Shown piece after piece: positions 12,901 to 27,900 of a stretch of 64,000 nucleotides of DNA. Position numbers and translations under genes: made by a program. The stretch's first letter is position 1. Every line of letters starts with the position of its first letter. The stretch lies in contig NC_087252.1 in the NCBI RefSeq assembly GCF_037042905.1, positions 16,618,001-16,682,000 of the forward strand, read 5' to 3'. The notes below the pieces were generated by a model. That model searched no databases, was not told where the DNA came from, and was given only the letters and a program-made list of their open reading frames with translations. This stretch comes from Lytechinus pictus. Its lineage: Eukaryota.

Positions 12901-15900
12901 AGCATGATACGTATCATATACCCCTCCCTTTAAGATATTAAACTGAATAAACTTTAATAAACTCGTATTAGTAATAAACACAAGTATTTCTTCTGGTGTT
13001 GGCTGTTGGCTAGCATGTGTAAGGCCTAAGCCAATTCAAGGGAAACTCATAGGAACTACAAACATTTATATAATTTGCTGATATAATTTTACGATGCACG
13101 TAGCATGGAGGATAAAATCTTATATAAGCCTAAATATTGACAATATTATGCATGCCCCCTTTCCTTGCATGGTTTATAAACATTGTGCATGAATTCGTTA
13201 TATAAATGGCATACAAATGACCCCATATGACAATATCTAACGTGAGTGTATATTATATCGTGCATGGTTTGGACCTGAACTAATTTTGCATATTTCTCTG
13301 ACGTCATGGTCGATCCAGTGTTGAACGATACGACGGGTAGTAAGTACTTGAAAGCTTTAATTACACAACAGTTGTGCAATATTATTGTCTCGAGAAATCC
13401 AAAAGGCTTTATATCTGTCCGTAAGATATGCGTAGAATGACATAAAAATCACCCAATAGTATCCATACCCAAATTTTTAAAATTCCAGGGCATCCCTGTA
13501 GCACTGGCGTACCCCCCCCCCAAAAAAAAAAAATAAAAACTTAGAAAAAGAAGAAAAGAAAGAAAGAAAAGGAAATGGAAATTCAGTCAAAATCTACCAC
13601 AAACGTAGAGTTTGTATAGGAAAGGTCAAAATCTTCGCTCGCTCATTTCACTTGCTTGCACAACGTTGCCAGAACTGGCATAATTATGCTTTCTGGCATA
13701 ATTTCGACCCTTTTTCGCTTGTAAATTTTTTTTCTGGTGCGAAATCCTTTATTTGTGATTGAAGACCTGTTTTTTTTTTTTTTTGTTGCTTGTCAATTTT
13801 TTTTTGGTGGACGGTTTTGCCCCCCCCCCCCTGTGGAAAATCCTAGGGTCCAAAACGGTTTGGCATAATTTTTCGCGATTTAGCATAATTTCGCTGCTCC
13901 TCTGGCATAATTGGATTTTTCACTGACCACGCTGTGCTTGCAGCTTCTAGAAATTTTGCCCTATACGTCATGTCTGGCCCTCTCAAATATTTGGGTTATC
14001 ACGCCGCAAGCCTTACCATAAGACAACGAAAGACCATTTCAAACAGTCTAATATTTCTTTTATAGTGAATAATCTCTTCTCCTTTTGTAAGGTTAGAACT
14101 TGAATATCAGTACGATGGAGCCTTGTAAGAATTCATAACGCTGAGGACGGATGTAATATCTTTCGGTATTCTCGAGACAACATGGCAATTAGATCAGAAA
14201 TCGTTGATTATGGCATGATGCGTCTTTAAATGGACAAAATAGTGCATGTATATTGTTTGGTGTACGGAAAACATGCTTGATCAGATAAAGTCAAGCGTAC
14301 ATATGTAATTCCGAGAAATTGTTTATATTCCAAAATTGAACATGCTGAAAAGCTGAAATATACTAGAATTTCAATTAAGCACAAGGGATCAGAAGGAAAA
14401 TACGCTATACCGAATACTCAATGAATTGGAATTAAGAACACCTGAAATAATTCATGCTTGCTCTTGATAACTATACCAATTACCTGAACAATTCGAATTA
14501 GACAGGTTCGTTTATCAAGTGAAGACAAATACAAACACCGTTTGAATATTTTGATCAAATATGTATTCCTCTTTTTTGTATCGAATATTGAGAAGAGGCT
14601 TTGTAGAAATAGATTAGTTCATGTTGTGTGTCAGTAGCTGTTTAAGTTATATTCATATTCATGTACATAGATTATTGTTGGTCGCCTACGTATAATGTTA
14701 TTTTATCAACATACTCCATAAAAAAAACTCCTACCATTGTGTGACTTACTGACCGATATCACTTCTTACTCCCTTGTACCATGGACCTTACTTGGATCAT
14801 TCATGTAATGTCTATAATATATTCAGAGCAACACACTAATCGTTACGCACGATTGAACACACTGACCTGTGCACCATTAAAAATGATTATCTGCGCACCA
14901 TTGAAAACACTGATCTGTGCACCATTGAAAACACTGATCTGTGCACCATTGAAAACACTGACCTGCACACCATTGAACACACTGACATGCGCATCACTGA
15001 ACACACTGACCTGTGCACCACTGAACGCATTGACCTGCACATCAGTGAATACACCATTGAACACACACTGACTTGCGCACCATTGAACACACTGACCCAT
15101 CACCATTAAACACACTGACCTGCACACCATTGAACGTGCTTACCATTGAACACACTGAACTGCACATGATTGAATACACTGTTGACTCCCACTCGACGCC
15201 ACCATTGTGAACACAAACCTGCCTAGACCACGGGAATAAATAGAACACGGGAATAAATATAATACACTTCCTTTTATTTCCGTGGCATAGACGCGTTAAC
15301 ACGGCTATTGCCATTGTCCTGACCACGTGTCCTCCTTCATACACACTAACCCGCACCACCCTTTTATTCCCACACGCCCACTCGTCTAATTTTAATCACT
15401 TAGATAAATGCATGCCCAGCTATATACATACCCACATCATTCACTTGCAATTCAATTCAATTTTATTCATATATTTTTTCAAAACACATTACAAAAACAA
15501 AATTTACAGATCAGTACGAATTACATCATACAACCTAACTGGAATGACATATAGGCCTATACATAAACATATAATTATAAAAGGTACAATTAAGAAAAGT
15601 GGAGTGTGAACGATGCCGAGGATTGACAGAAACCATCGATCTGTAAAGACTAATCCACAGATTTACCACACGTCAACAAATAAAATATATAATAGACGAG
15701 TTAATCAGTTTAGATCATCACAATAGCATGCTTCACCAGACGCTTGCATACAATACATGAAAGAATAGTAGAATAGTAGAATAGTAGGAAGCAAAAAAGG
15801 CTGGGAGAGAGAATATACTCACTCAGAAGTTAGCAGGTGGGACCAGAGTATCGATGTAAATGTTTCAGGTAGATCAGTTATATCGCAGGTAATCCACTCT

Positions 15901-18900
15901 GTATCAAGCTGTACATGCCTTCACAAGTCGATGCAGTCTTTTCATTATCATGATATAGCACATACCATATATCATAGTGGAAGGCAAAAATAATATTCAA
16001 ACTGAGCATCAAAATGGTCAGTACACACATCCAATAACAATGATCACATTCTGACGTAAGCATCCCGGACCCCACAGCCCAGCCTCCAGGCGCGTACTCC
16101 ATCTAACGGGCTCACTGCGGGTCTAACATCTTCAAGATCCTGGCTCCAACATTCTGTTTCCATACACTCGATCGCGCACACTCGCTCCACACATTCATTC
16201 TACGCAATCGACACCACAGGCTGCCCCCATGCACCCCAAACACACCCGATCTAACACAGTTGATCCGAGAGATGGAGGTGCCGTGAGCCTAATTACATCA
16301 GGAGGGCTAAACATATTCGTTCGACCCAACCCATTCGAATTTTTTCAATTTGATATTGCTGATTGACAAAAGTGTATGAATATGATTCAAAATCTAACAC
16401 TGATTCTAGAAATGGTAACTACTGAACTTCCTTTGCCCAAATTGGGAAGATATATCAATGATTTGGAACTATTTTTTGACTGGCGGAAGAATTGGGGCTA
16501 TTTTACTGTTTCAGTTGATGGATTTGATCCCATCATAGTTATCTTCATAAATGGCGATTTATTTTTAAAATGAACTGGCTACGATACTTTTCTCTGGTCA
16601 GATATGGAATGTCAGATATATATCCTATCCAAAGGTAGTAAACATTCGACCCTCTAATTTCACATTTATTTTTTATGATTTTTTCTTAAGTGACATTTTA
16701 ACACACAAGTCTATGGGAAATGTTTTACGCGCGTGACACCTGGAGTCTCTTTCATACACTCGATCCCAACATACTCGAGCTCCAACACACTCGATTCCAC
16801 TCACTAGATCCCATCACACCCGATCACACAAACTCCCTTCAACACAGTCGACCCCACAGATTCGCTCCACACACTCGCTCACACACACTCGAACCCACCC
16901 TAGTCACTCGCATACACTCTTTTATTCGTATACACTCGTTTAATCGCAAACATGACCCCACACACTGTATCCCACACACAGTATCTCTCAAAATCACTCC
17001 TACAGTACAATCACTCTAACACAGTTGTACCCACCCACTTGCTCCTACGTATTCAGTTTAACACACTCGATCCCTCACACCCTTTCTCACAAACTTGATC
17101 CCACACACTCGCTACAACACAGTCGCCCTGACACAATTTAACCAATGCACTATAACCCCTACAAAGTTGGTCCCACACATTAGATCACCCAAGCTCGATC
17201 CCATAAACTCTCTCAAAATTTCAGCACACACTTAACCTCGCAGACTTGCTCCCGCATACTCACACTCACTAGATCCCACACTGTTAAAAAATCCCTGATT
17301 TTACAGAAAAAAGAAGATTTTGCAGAAAGCAATAACCGAATCATTTTAGTGGACCCCCCTCATTACCATTAATGCTCAATATTATACTGTGTTTTTTTTT
17401 GCTCTACGAAGTAAGAATACTCGTCTGTAAAATTGTATTTGATTTCTATTACTTTATATTATTTTGTATTATGTTTTGAATGGAAATGGAATAAAGAATT
17501 GAAAAAAAAAATCATTCTGTAAATTCATAAAACAGGAATTTTTCTGCAATTTAACAGAACAGGTCTGTTTAAAAAGGGGAAAATGGTGTTTTATTTAAAT
17601 GACAAGTCCAACCCAACGAAAAGTTGATTCACATAAAAAGAGAAAAATCCAACAAGCATAACACTGAAAATTTCATCAAAATTGGTTGTAAAAAAAAAGT
17701 TATGACATTTTAAAGTTTCGCTTAATTTCACAAAACAGTTATATTCACATCCTTGTCGGTATGCAAATGAGGAGACTGATGACATCACTCACTCACTATT
17801 TCTTCTGTATTTGAAATATGAAATATTCAATTTTCTCCCTGTTGTGTGAAACAACGATTAATTCCTCCCTGAACATATGTAATTAGCATTGTTTAATACT
17901 ATTTGGTTCAATCAAGTTGGTCGTTATTGTAAAATCTGTAAAAATAAAATATTGTATAATTCAAACAATGAAAAACAAAAGAAATAGTGAGTGATGCACA
18001 TCATCGACTGTCTCATTTGCATGTCACTGAGTTGTGTATATCACTGTTTTGTGAAAAATAAGCGAAACTTTAGAATGTCATAACTTTCTTATTTTACATA
18101 CGATTTTGATGAAATTTTCAACATAATGATCGTTTGATTTTTCTCTTTTTTATTCAAATCATCATTTATCAGGGGTGGACTTGACCTTTAAGGAAATTTG
18201 TAAGGTTCCATTCACCAAATACCAATCTCCTGTAAGATTACAGGTGTTCTCGAGACTCTGCTGCAGGAACTTCTTTTATTTTAAGGATAAATTTTCTAAC
18301 AGTGCATACACTAGCTCCCACACACACTGTCACAGTAACTCCACACACTTGACCCACACACTCTCCCACCCACTGTCTCCCACACACTCCAGATTAACGA
18401 CACAGACATCTCGTTTTAACACCCGCCTTTCCCCCCTGTCGCCCCGGCCATGATGTAATCGTTATTCTGCAATTAGGAAATATGAAAACTACACTCTTTT
18501 TGTGTGAGAGAGAGAGAAAGACAGAAGGCAATGAATACAATTTGAATTTTCGAATTCCAAATCTCAAACAGCACACTGCATTAATTGATCAAGTATGTTT
18601 AAGGAATATGTCATAAAGGATGAAACATCTGTAAACACATGTTCACTTCAATGTTCTGTAACATTGTGAAGTCTTACCCAAATGTTGGCATGTTTCAGAA
18701 AAAAAATTAATTAAATCGAAGTTGTTATCATGAAGCTAGACGATATTTTTTTTCATAGGAAATAAAATAGAATTCATTCATATTTTTACTAATATTAAAG
18801 ATTTGTTTTTTGGGGAATGAACATGATTTTGACATGATATATATTTAAGCGTTAATTATTCATGTTGTAAGCATTCTTGCCTGTTTGATATTTGCATGTT

Positions 18901-21900
18901 TATTTTTTGTATCATTACTGTTATTTTATTGTTATAATGTACAAGCTAATCATTGTGACATTCTGACTCGGTCCGAGTATGCATGTGTTGATGGTAAATT
19001 ATGAATGGAATGATATGTTATGAACATACAGCATGAAGAGCGTACGTGTACAAAAACCCTAGTGGAAAGAGCACAGTGTCCCACAGTGTCTTTACAGTGT
19101 GGAACACAATGTGAAACCACCTTCACACTGTTAAATTGGAGCATTTCAACAGTGTGAATCATTTATTTACATAGTCGACCACGTGAACACGCTGTGAACA
19201 GTCACACTGTTGGGGTGTCCACAGTGTGAACATATATTCACACTGTTAAATTTGAGCATTATAACAGTGTGAATAAAATTTTCACACAGTTCACTATGTG
19301 AACACACTGCGATAACACTGTATGAAACTGTATTCTTTCCAGTAGGGAAATTCCAGAGAATACTTTGAGGTAAATTTAAGCATTGATGATGTTTATATTC
19401 ACAAAGTGTTTTGTAATAACATATATTATTTTGCTATATACATTACTGTTTTCACCCATGCTCTTCGATATTTATGAAGGGATAACTTACTTGTACTAGT
19501 CGTTTACCTTGCAACTAATTGTACTGCCTTATAGATTCAAGTGAAAAGAACTGACATGTCTTTGTCGTCAAGTGATATTAATAATTGTCTTCAACTATCC
19601 ATCATCATGCTTATTGTCACCATTGTGTAGAATATTTTTTATTAAATTATCAAAAATTCAATTTATTTGATTAACTTGCAACTTTCCTTTAAAGACAATC
19701 TTCTGTGATAACCAGCTTTAACGTAGGCCTACGGTTTATATCAACTGATAAGCTTAATCAGGGTGATTTCATGCTGAATAATTCAATAAATATATATATA
19801 TCAATTGAAAACCTGAATTATAATTTAACAACTTTTTAAATTGATATCAATAGCCCCTCCTAACCCTCCACAATTGACCATTGGCTCGACGTCTAACAGC
19901 GCTATTAAGGTCAACTGGAGGTCAACCGGAAATGGAGGTTCTTCGATTGTGGGTAAGTGATTTAAATTACATTACAGTGAATGACTAATCGACGAGTTTC
20001 AATAATACAAATTATAAATCAACATAAATGATAAATTAAACACTGTCCGTGTGATCCAACATTCATTCAAAAAAATTTAAGATGATTGAAAAATTATGAA
20101 ATGAAGATGAGACTGAATTGTATCCCGACCCGATTCTCATTACTTCCAAAAACCTCTGGCGTTGGATCAACGTCTTGTCGCATTTAGTACATTTTAAAAT
20201 TGTAAATGTTTAAAGGGGTGCTCTAGGCTGACAATGATATTGAAAAAAGAAAAATTAAACAAAACACTGAAAATTCGATAAGGAATAACAATTCTAAGAC
20301 ATTTTTAAGGATATGTAATATTTTGGTAAAACAGTTCTATGCATGTCTTCATGAATACTCAATGAGCGAATTGACAATGCCTTGTTGCCACTTGTTCTTT
20401 GTATTTTATGATTTGAAATTATTTCTAGTCATATTCTGACAACTGATTTTATTCATTGCTACAACGCATTTTGTTATAAGGGAGACATCATATATTATTA
20501 TTATTAACATCATTATTATTATTATTGTTTTATTATTATTATATTTAGTATTTTATCATTAGTATTATTCCTTCTACTACTCGTAATAATTTAGTAGTGT
20601 CAATACTACTAGTAGAAGTATGAGTAAAAGTACAATCAGTAGTCCTTATTTCGTTTTTCATGCCATCATTATTATCATGTAAATTTACCATATCTACTGT
20701 ATATATTTCCAGCCTATCAATTATTCTATCAACGCACTCACGAGCAAACTTGGGAGCGCTACGACGTAAATGCTTCTCTCCGTAGTTATCGTGCGACCGA
20801 TCTTCTTTGTGGTACTGGATACCGGTTTTACATCACAGCTCGTAACAAACTCGGTGTGGGTAAACCAAGTGATATACTCTCAGTCAGCACTCAAGGAGAA
20901 AGTAAGTCACATGATTCACTACACCGTGTAATACAACAAAATATTGCAAAGCAAGTTTTGTGTGTAATTCAATTGGTAATTCGTCATATGTAGGCACATC
21001 GTGCAATATGATGTGATATTGTTCAATGATATACTCTGTTAGCGCTCGTGGATAAATTGAGTCATAATAATTAGTAGATATAATTGATATTAATGATACC
21101 GTCACCACCTGTTCATTTGCACATACTCCTCTCCCTGGGTAACCAGGTAAATCACCTCAAAAAAGCGTGTTAACATATTTTCAAAGGCGCGATAGAAGTA
21201 TCAACTGTTATGTATTATCCTTTACCCTGGAGTTAAAAAATGAACAATAGCTAATTAGGTCCATGAAAGGATTGTTTCTTTTTTTACGAGTAGGCGTCTA
21301 GCTTCTCGTTTTAAGGGTTGCCACGTTCTCACAGCGTATCTATATAATACCCTATATATATCTAGAAGTGCATGGACACCAAATGAATATAAGCAAATTA
21401 GAAATATACGCTAAGATTGATTTTTTTAACAAACTTGCATGAATGTTGGTGATGCATATCAACTCGTAGAGCCGGAAATAGAATAAAGCATAGTCAAACA
21501 TCTGATCACAATAATATATGATTGTTTATGCCATGACTAGGTTTAATACACACAATCTGATCATTTTTATGTTACCCCTCAACAACAAATATACCCAGGA
21601 ATTGACGAATATCTATATGTTCTGTTATCTTCAGTTCCTATTCCGCCCTCAACGGACAAGATCGTGCCATTCACCAATGCTTCTAGTATAACATTAGTCT
21701 TAGCAAGCTGGCAGAGTGGAGGATGTCCCATCGAGTCGTACAGTATACAGTATCAGGTTCGTGCACTATTAATTACTCATTGCTTTATTATTGTCAAAAT
21801 GCATAGAGAACTGTTGTTCGGTTTTGCTTAATATTTCTCCCCAATCTGCCCCATAGGCCTACTTAATAAATTCATCTAAAATACTACACTTTATAAAATC

Positions 21901-24900
21901 AGAATTTTGCTGTGAAATAGGTTTTACCACTCTTTCAATTCACAATATTTCTGGAGAAAGTAGCTAAGATATATTGCATAATCACAAAGCATTTTTTGAA
22001 TGCTTCTAATGAAACAATTATTCTAAAGTCCTTTTTAGAATATACCCATGATAATAATAAACAATTTTCTGCTAATCTTTATTTCCCCCTCTAAGGCACT
22101 GGCTGAAAGTTCAAAGTTCAAAGAAAAGAACTTACTCCAGTATCATCTATAATCAAGTGTTTTGTTATGTTATTTTAGGTGTTAGGACAGGATGACTGGG
22201 AGAATATTGCAAATAATCTGCCAGGAAATACGAGGGATTATACAGTAGATGACCTTCGACCCTTGACCTGGTATCAGTTCCGGGTTACAGCTGTGAATAC
22301 TGCTGGTCCAAGCGTGTATCCCTTCCGGGTCTCCACCGTAGCATTCAGTGGTTCAGGTTTGTATAATGGTCTTTCTTTAAATCTCCAGGGATCCCGATGC
22401 AGACAGAAGTACGTTTAGAGGAAGTAAAAAAAATAACAAAAATAAATAAGGCCATAATCTCATGTAGGCGGTTTTGATTGGTTGGAAATTATTACATCAC
22501 TTTTTTTTTGCGAACTTTGCAAAATTATATACCTTCCTATAGTACTTGTTTGGTGACATGTTTTTGTCAGGTAAATTTGAATTATGTAATATTCCAACTT
22601 GCATATCTGCCCTGATTGAAGTTATTTTCACACGCAGGGTGCAATCTTCGTCGGATACAAAACGAGCAAAGTATACTACAGGGGTATAGATCTCGTCTTA
22701 ATACACTACAATGTTCAATGCCTGAATTATTTTTGTTTATATTTTTTTAGGTAAGTTCACACAATGTTACCATGTATATAATCATAACATTTTTTCATGT
22801 TAATATAAGATTACAGTGCTTTGCTCGAGTACAAAGGTATCATGGCCGGGGGTCGAATGCCGGACTTCCTTAATGTAGTCAGCCATCCTAGACCACTTGT
22901 CGTTGGCACATTTACGAATTATTGCATTTTCAGATAATGCCAAATCGGCTCGTGTATTAGGGTAAATCTATTGATATAACAGAAATCTAATCGGCAAAAT
23001 GTACGTATTATTATTATATCAGCTGCATAATTGCCGTAAATTTTTTCTAATAAATCACCCCAAACGACAGGTACCGCACCCCCGATCAAGCAGATCACGT
23101 CAAGGCCTTTAGCCTTTTACGAAGACCCTCGATTATTTGGACCAATTCTTGGTATTCTTACGCTCTTCGTCATCCTTGGGTTCATCAGCTATTTTATCCA
23201 CGGGTGTCGCCGACGTCGCAAGAAGGCCGTCAAGTCTCAGCATGTCGTCGTCGAAACGCTGAGTGGACGGGAAAGCAACGGAAACTCCCCTTCGTAAGTG
23301 TTCTGACTCATGGACTCTATGGCCCGTATTCTAAATGCGGGTTTAAATTAAACCCTGATTTAAAGTTGTGGTTCAACTATGAAGAGCCATTAGGGGCATA
23401 AATCCCTAACAGTACACATCCAATTCATTAACTCATATGTCACCCAAATCGTTCATAATTGTCTGGGAATGATAACTGAAGTATTTCGAAGAATTTGTCC
23501 TCATTATGAAAGCGAAAGGAAACAAATAATAAACATAAGAAATAAACAATATAAACATAATTTTTAATTTTTGGCTCCCATAAATTTAGCACAGAGTTAG
23601 ACCGTGGTCTAAATTAAACCTTACTTCAGAATACGGGCCATTAAGAGTTTTTTCGTCAGTGCCTGTACGCCCTCTCGCATCGGGTGCAAATGTAACTGAC
23701 GGAAAAAATCGCAGCCGGGTAAAATTAAGAAATGCAATGAATATATGCATCCATGTATGTGTAAGTGAAAGAGTGTCATAGACACACGAAAATGTTGATA
23801 GAATGCATTTGTAATCAAAATCGCATTGGAAGCAACTAGAGATATTAACTGGTAAATGATTATGCGTTATACATGTAATACAATAACTAAATCTTTATTG
23901 TGAATATATGAATGAATTAACAAATGGATTAATATATTAATCAATAAGAACTGAATAAATAAGTGATTGGAGGAATTATCAATTCACGAATCTGTTCAGT
24001 AGATAATTGGATATGTGAAAAATGAATAAAAGCAAAATAAGGCAATGAATAGAAAATGAATACACAAAGAAAACTCTATTGGATATCAAAGACCAAAGTG
24101 AACTGTCCCGATTTCACAAGTACTAGGTGGTCCTAATCGGTAATTTGACATAGGCCTGTTTGTCCTCTATGAAGCCCAGTTGGTTGGCTTCATCCCATTC
24201 GTTTGTGCAAGTTATTTATATTCATAAAGAAATGACAATGTAAGCCGAATTCTCAAAAGATTTTTACAGACTTTTGATTTATAGTGAACAAGTTTGAAAG
24301 TTGGCTTACTTGGATAATTTTGTTGCTTGGTGAAATACGGTGGTTCTGATTTGTGAAGAGTTACAAAAATAATATCATATTATTCTACTAAGCATGCATC
24401 GTGAAACTGCATCAATAAGAAGTCTGATTATGTCTAAGAAAATGTTAATTTCTTAGTCACCGGTTTTAAATCGTTCTAGTGTAGCAGTTAAGTGGATTCT
24501 ACCAATACAAGAGAATTGTATAAAAAAAAATATTGAGAGTATACTACAGTCCAGTTTACTACTTAAAACTTCTTAGATTTATCTTTTAGGTTTTATCCTT
24601 TGTGAGGTCATTAAAAAAATCTGTCATTGCCATCTCTTCAAACAGGCAGCGTAATAATAATAATCGCCCAACTGTCCACCTTCCACCGGAGAGGGAGCCC
24701 TTTTTAGGAGCTTACGAGAGAGCTGAAACGGTGGCTGTGAGACAAACACCTTGGATATTCAACGCTGACGAAGGTGACTTAATATGATAGAATAAAAATG
24801 TACATGATATTTCGTTTAAATATAATTGTTAATACTTGTTATTCCTAGTTTTTCCTCTTTCTACTGTTCGTGTTGATGTTTTTTCGTCAATCCTCCCTTC

Positions 24901-27900
24901 CAACTCTTCACATCAGATTGGATTTCAAATTTACACTCTTAAAAGATTACTTGTCAGATTTAACCAGTAAATTGATCGTTTAGAACTACTCTCGATGCTG
25001 GATTAAAATGACCCGGAACGATGTCCAATGTCATCCAAAATCCCGGTAATTTTTAACCCAGAATGGATAATTATTAACCTTTTTCTAGCCCAGCTTGACC
25101 GAAAATCTCGTAATGATCCAGGTTCGTTCACCATAATTGAAAAAAACCATTTACCATTATAAAACGATTTGTTATGTTACAGTTTCTAAGTAAAATATAA
25201 ATAAGTTGTAGAAAATAACAATAACAACCCATATTATATCACTTTTTATAGAGGAAGGTGATTATGCGAGCGAACCACGACGTCATCACGGATTAGCTGA
25301 TCCCTATGCTACGTTTGATTATCACGATGGATCTATCTATCCGAGTATGAGTACGTTTCGATCCGACGGATCTAGCGGAAGTCTTAGTGATTGTGGCATC
25401 CTGATGCACGAAGAGAGGCTATATGACATCCCTCCGGAAGAGATAGCGAGAAGAGGTAAAGAGCAAACGTTTGAACGATCTCAGTACGTTTTAAAAACGT
25501 TTTCACTCCGTCTGACGGGTTCTGCCGGTCCTTGCACTAGAAAACGAAACGAATTTTTAGGGGGTGTGGTTATAATAAATAAAAATGTTTAAAAACCTTC
25601 AATCAAATGCTTTGTGGACGTCCAAACCCTTTCACAAAGGAGGAAACACGAAAGGTTATTGCTTATATTGATTGTTTTTTTTTTTTACAAAACGTCCAAG
25701 GAACGTTCGAATAGCTGTAAGAAAATCTCTAATTATTAATTGGGTGGAGCAAACATCATTTAGATTTAGTTTTTGATCGCTCATTTTTTATTAAGTGAAA
25801 ACAAGTCATTGCACGTTCTGTACATTGTATATCCAATTTGATTGAAATCCTGTTCTTCACGTATAAATATTTGTCAGTGGCAGATATATGTCAGGAGCAG
25901 ATTCAGGATTTTCTAAAGGGGGAGGGGGGCATTTACCAGAGGAAAGTTTGAAAAGCAAAAAAAAATGTGTTCACCCAAAATTGAAGGTCATTTCGTCCAC
26001 CAAAAGTGTCGACAAGCTAAAAAAAAAAGGTTTTATACAAAATTTAAGGTAATTTTTATTGCAATGTGTCTAGATTAAAGCGTTGTTGAAGGGCATGTTC
26101 GTGATGCAACTCTTGAATCCTTTTTTTAAATCATTACCTAAAATCTACAAGCAAGTTAATTTGTTTTTAATCCATCTTGTCGAGCCTATAGGCCTTGATG
26201 TCATTATTGTCATAATAAACACCGTATGATATTATTTGTATATTCTTCGTGATATGTTTTTTCAGGATATTGCCGTCGTTATCACACGTATGCCCGCCTC
26301 GATGACGTCAGACCTAGTCACACCGGAAGTAAATCAGATGGTCCCGGGTCACAAGCAGATAGTTCTTCCTCTCCATCACGAGGTATAAGAATCTATATAT
26401 TTTTTCATGTATACATTTCAGCCCCATTAACTCCAATGGCTGACTTGCAGTATATTGTTCGGAATCATGCAGGTATCGTCCCAGTAGTATCGGTGTGAAA
26501 ACTTGACTCTTGACAAGTTAGTGAAATTTACACTGCAAAAGCTCCGGTGTTGATTTAACACCAGCCCGGAATCTATATATGTCCACACCAGAAAAGTGTT
26601 AAACAACACCAGTTTCGTTTTGGTCTAACACTAGAAAGGTGTTTATACAACACCAATTAGTATTAAAACAGCATCGGTTTGATTCCAAACTGGTGTTGTT
26701 TCAATACTTCTCTGGTGTGGACATATATAGACTCCGGGCTGGTGTTAAATCAACACCGGTGTTTTTGCAGTGTACCTGATTAAAAAAAGTCTCGAATCCT
26801 GTACCATAAAGTAATTAAACACTCACTTCTCTACAAAGCTCATTCATGACATATCTCTATCTCTTTGTCACTTCATGAAGTAGGTCCTTTTGCATATCCA
26901 TAAATGATGTATTCACGAAATGATACAAGCATAAACTAGGCGGTTCAGGATATTCGATCATATAACAAAACATGTAAAACAAATATTTTTCAATCCCTAC
27001 CACCAGGTAACAAGAGGCCTAGTAACGGATCCCTCTCTACCACAAACGAATCATCCAATCGTGAAGAACTAGAACGCGCATACTCGACTGGAATGCGCAT
27101 AGAGGCTGCGCAGTTTGAGCTAATCCAGTGCGCGAATAAGAAACGCGAAGACTATTCACCGGCGTCGAGTTCTAGCCGCTCACACGCGTCACGTGACCAC
27201 CCTTCAGTGACCAATAGCGACATAGAACACGGGATCAGGAATTTTACAGCGTCGCCACCAATGCCTACATTACCTGAGACGAATCACTATGCACCGAGGA
27301 GATATGTTCATACAATCGAAGGTATGAAGGGGAAGAATAAGTCTATGGTGGGGATGGGAACTAGCGTGCAATAAGGGGGGGGGGGAGGCTATGGACCCAA
27401 AATGTTCAGGGCAAAATAAAAAGGGAGAAAAGGTAAGAAAGGGAAAGCAAGAGGGGTGAAAAATGATTAAGTTCCTGAATATTATGTCCAAATAAATCGC
27501 AAAATTTGATTTTTTTTTAAATAAAAAACGTTACAAATATTTTTTCTCTCGCTTTGTTCGCTCCCAGATTGTTCGAAATTTTTGCCCCATATGCCATATC
27601 TGGCCCCCTCAATTTTTGGGGCTCATTACACTACTAGCGATGGGGGAAGTATCATCAAAGTTATTTTCTAATTTTGATTGATTAAATGATTGTTCCACCT
27701 TTCTACAAGGTTCCTTTGAATAAAGTAATAACTAACAAAAGTAAAATATATATTTTTTATACAAATCAATTATATCTTGATCAATGAAATATAAGATATA
27801 TATGTCTTTTAAATGTATTGCCTTGAATTTTCATTGTAATCTGTTGAAAATGTTCACAGAATGTTGAATTCTTATTAAAAATCCTAAACCTTTTCTATTT

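Noticed and set aside
14781..15359. Repetitive ORFs or a CRISPR-like array
   Set aside because: Head-to-tail 24-bp minisatellite with no unique spacers, inside a eukaryotic intron; ORFs are by-products.
15447..16050. LINE 3' fragment on the minus strand
   Set aside because: A TTCAA-repeat tail is suggestive but no convincing RT motif could be read, so it was not called.
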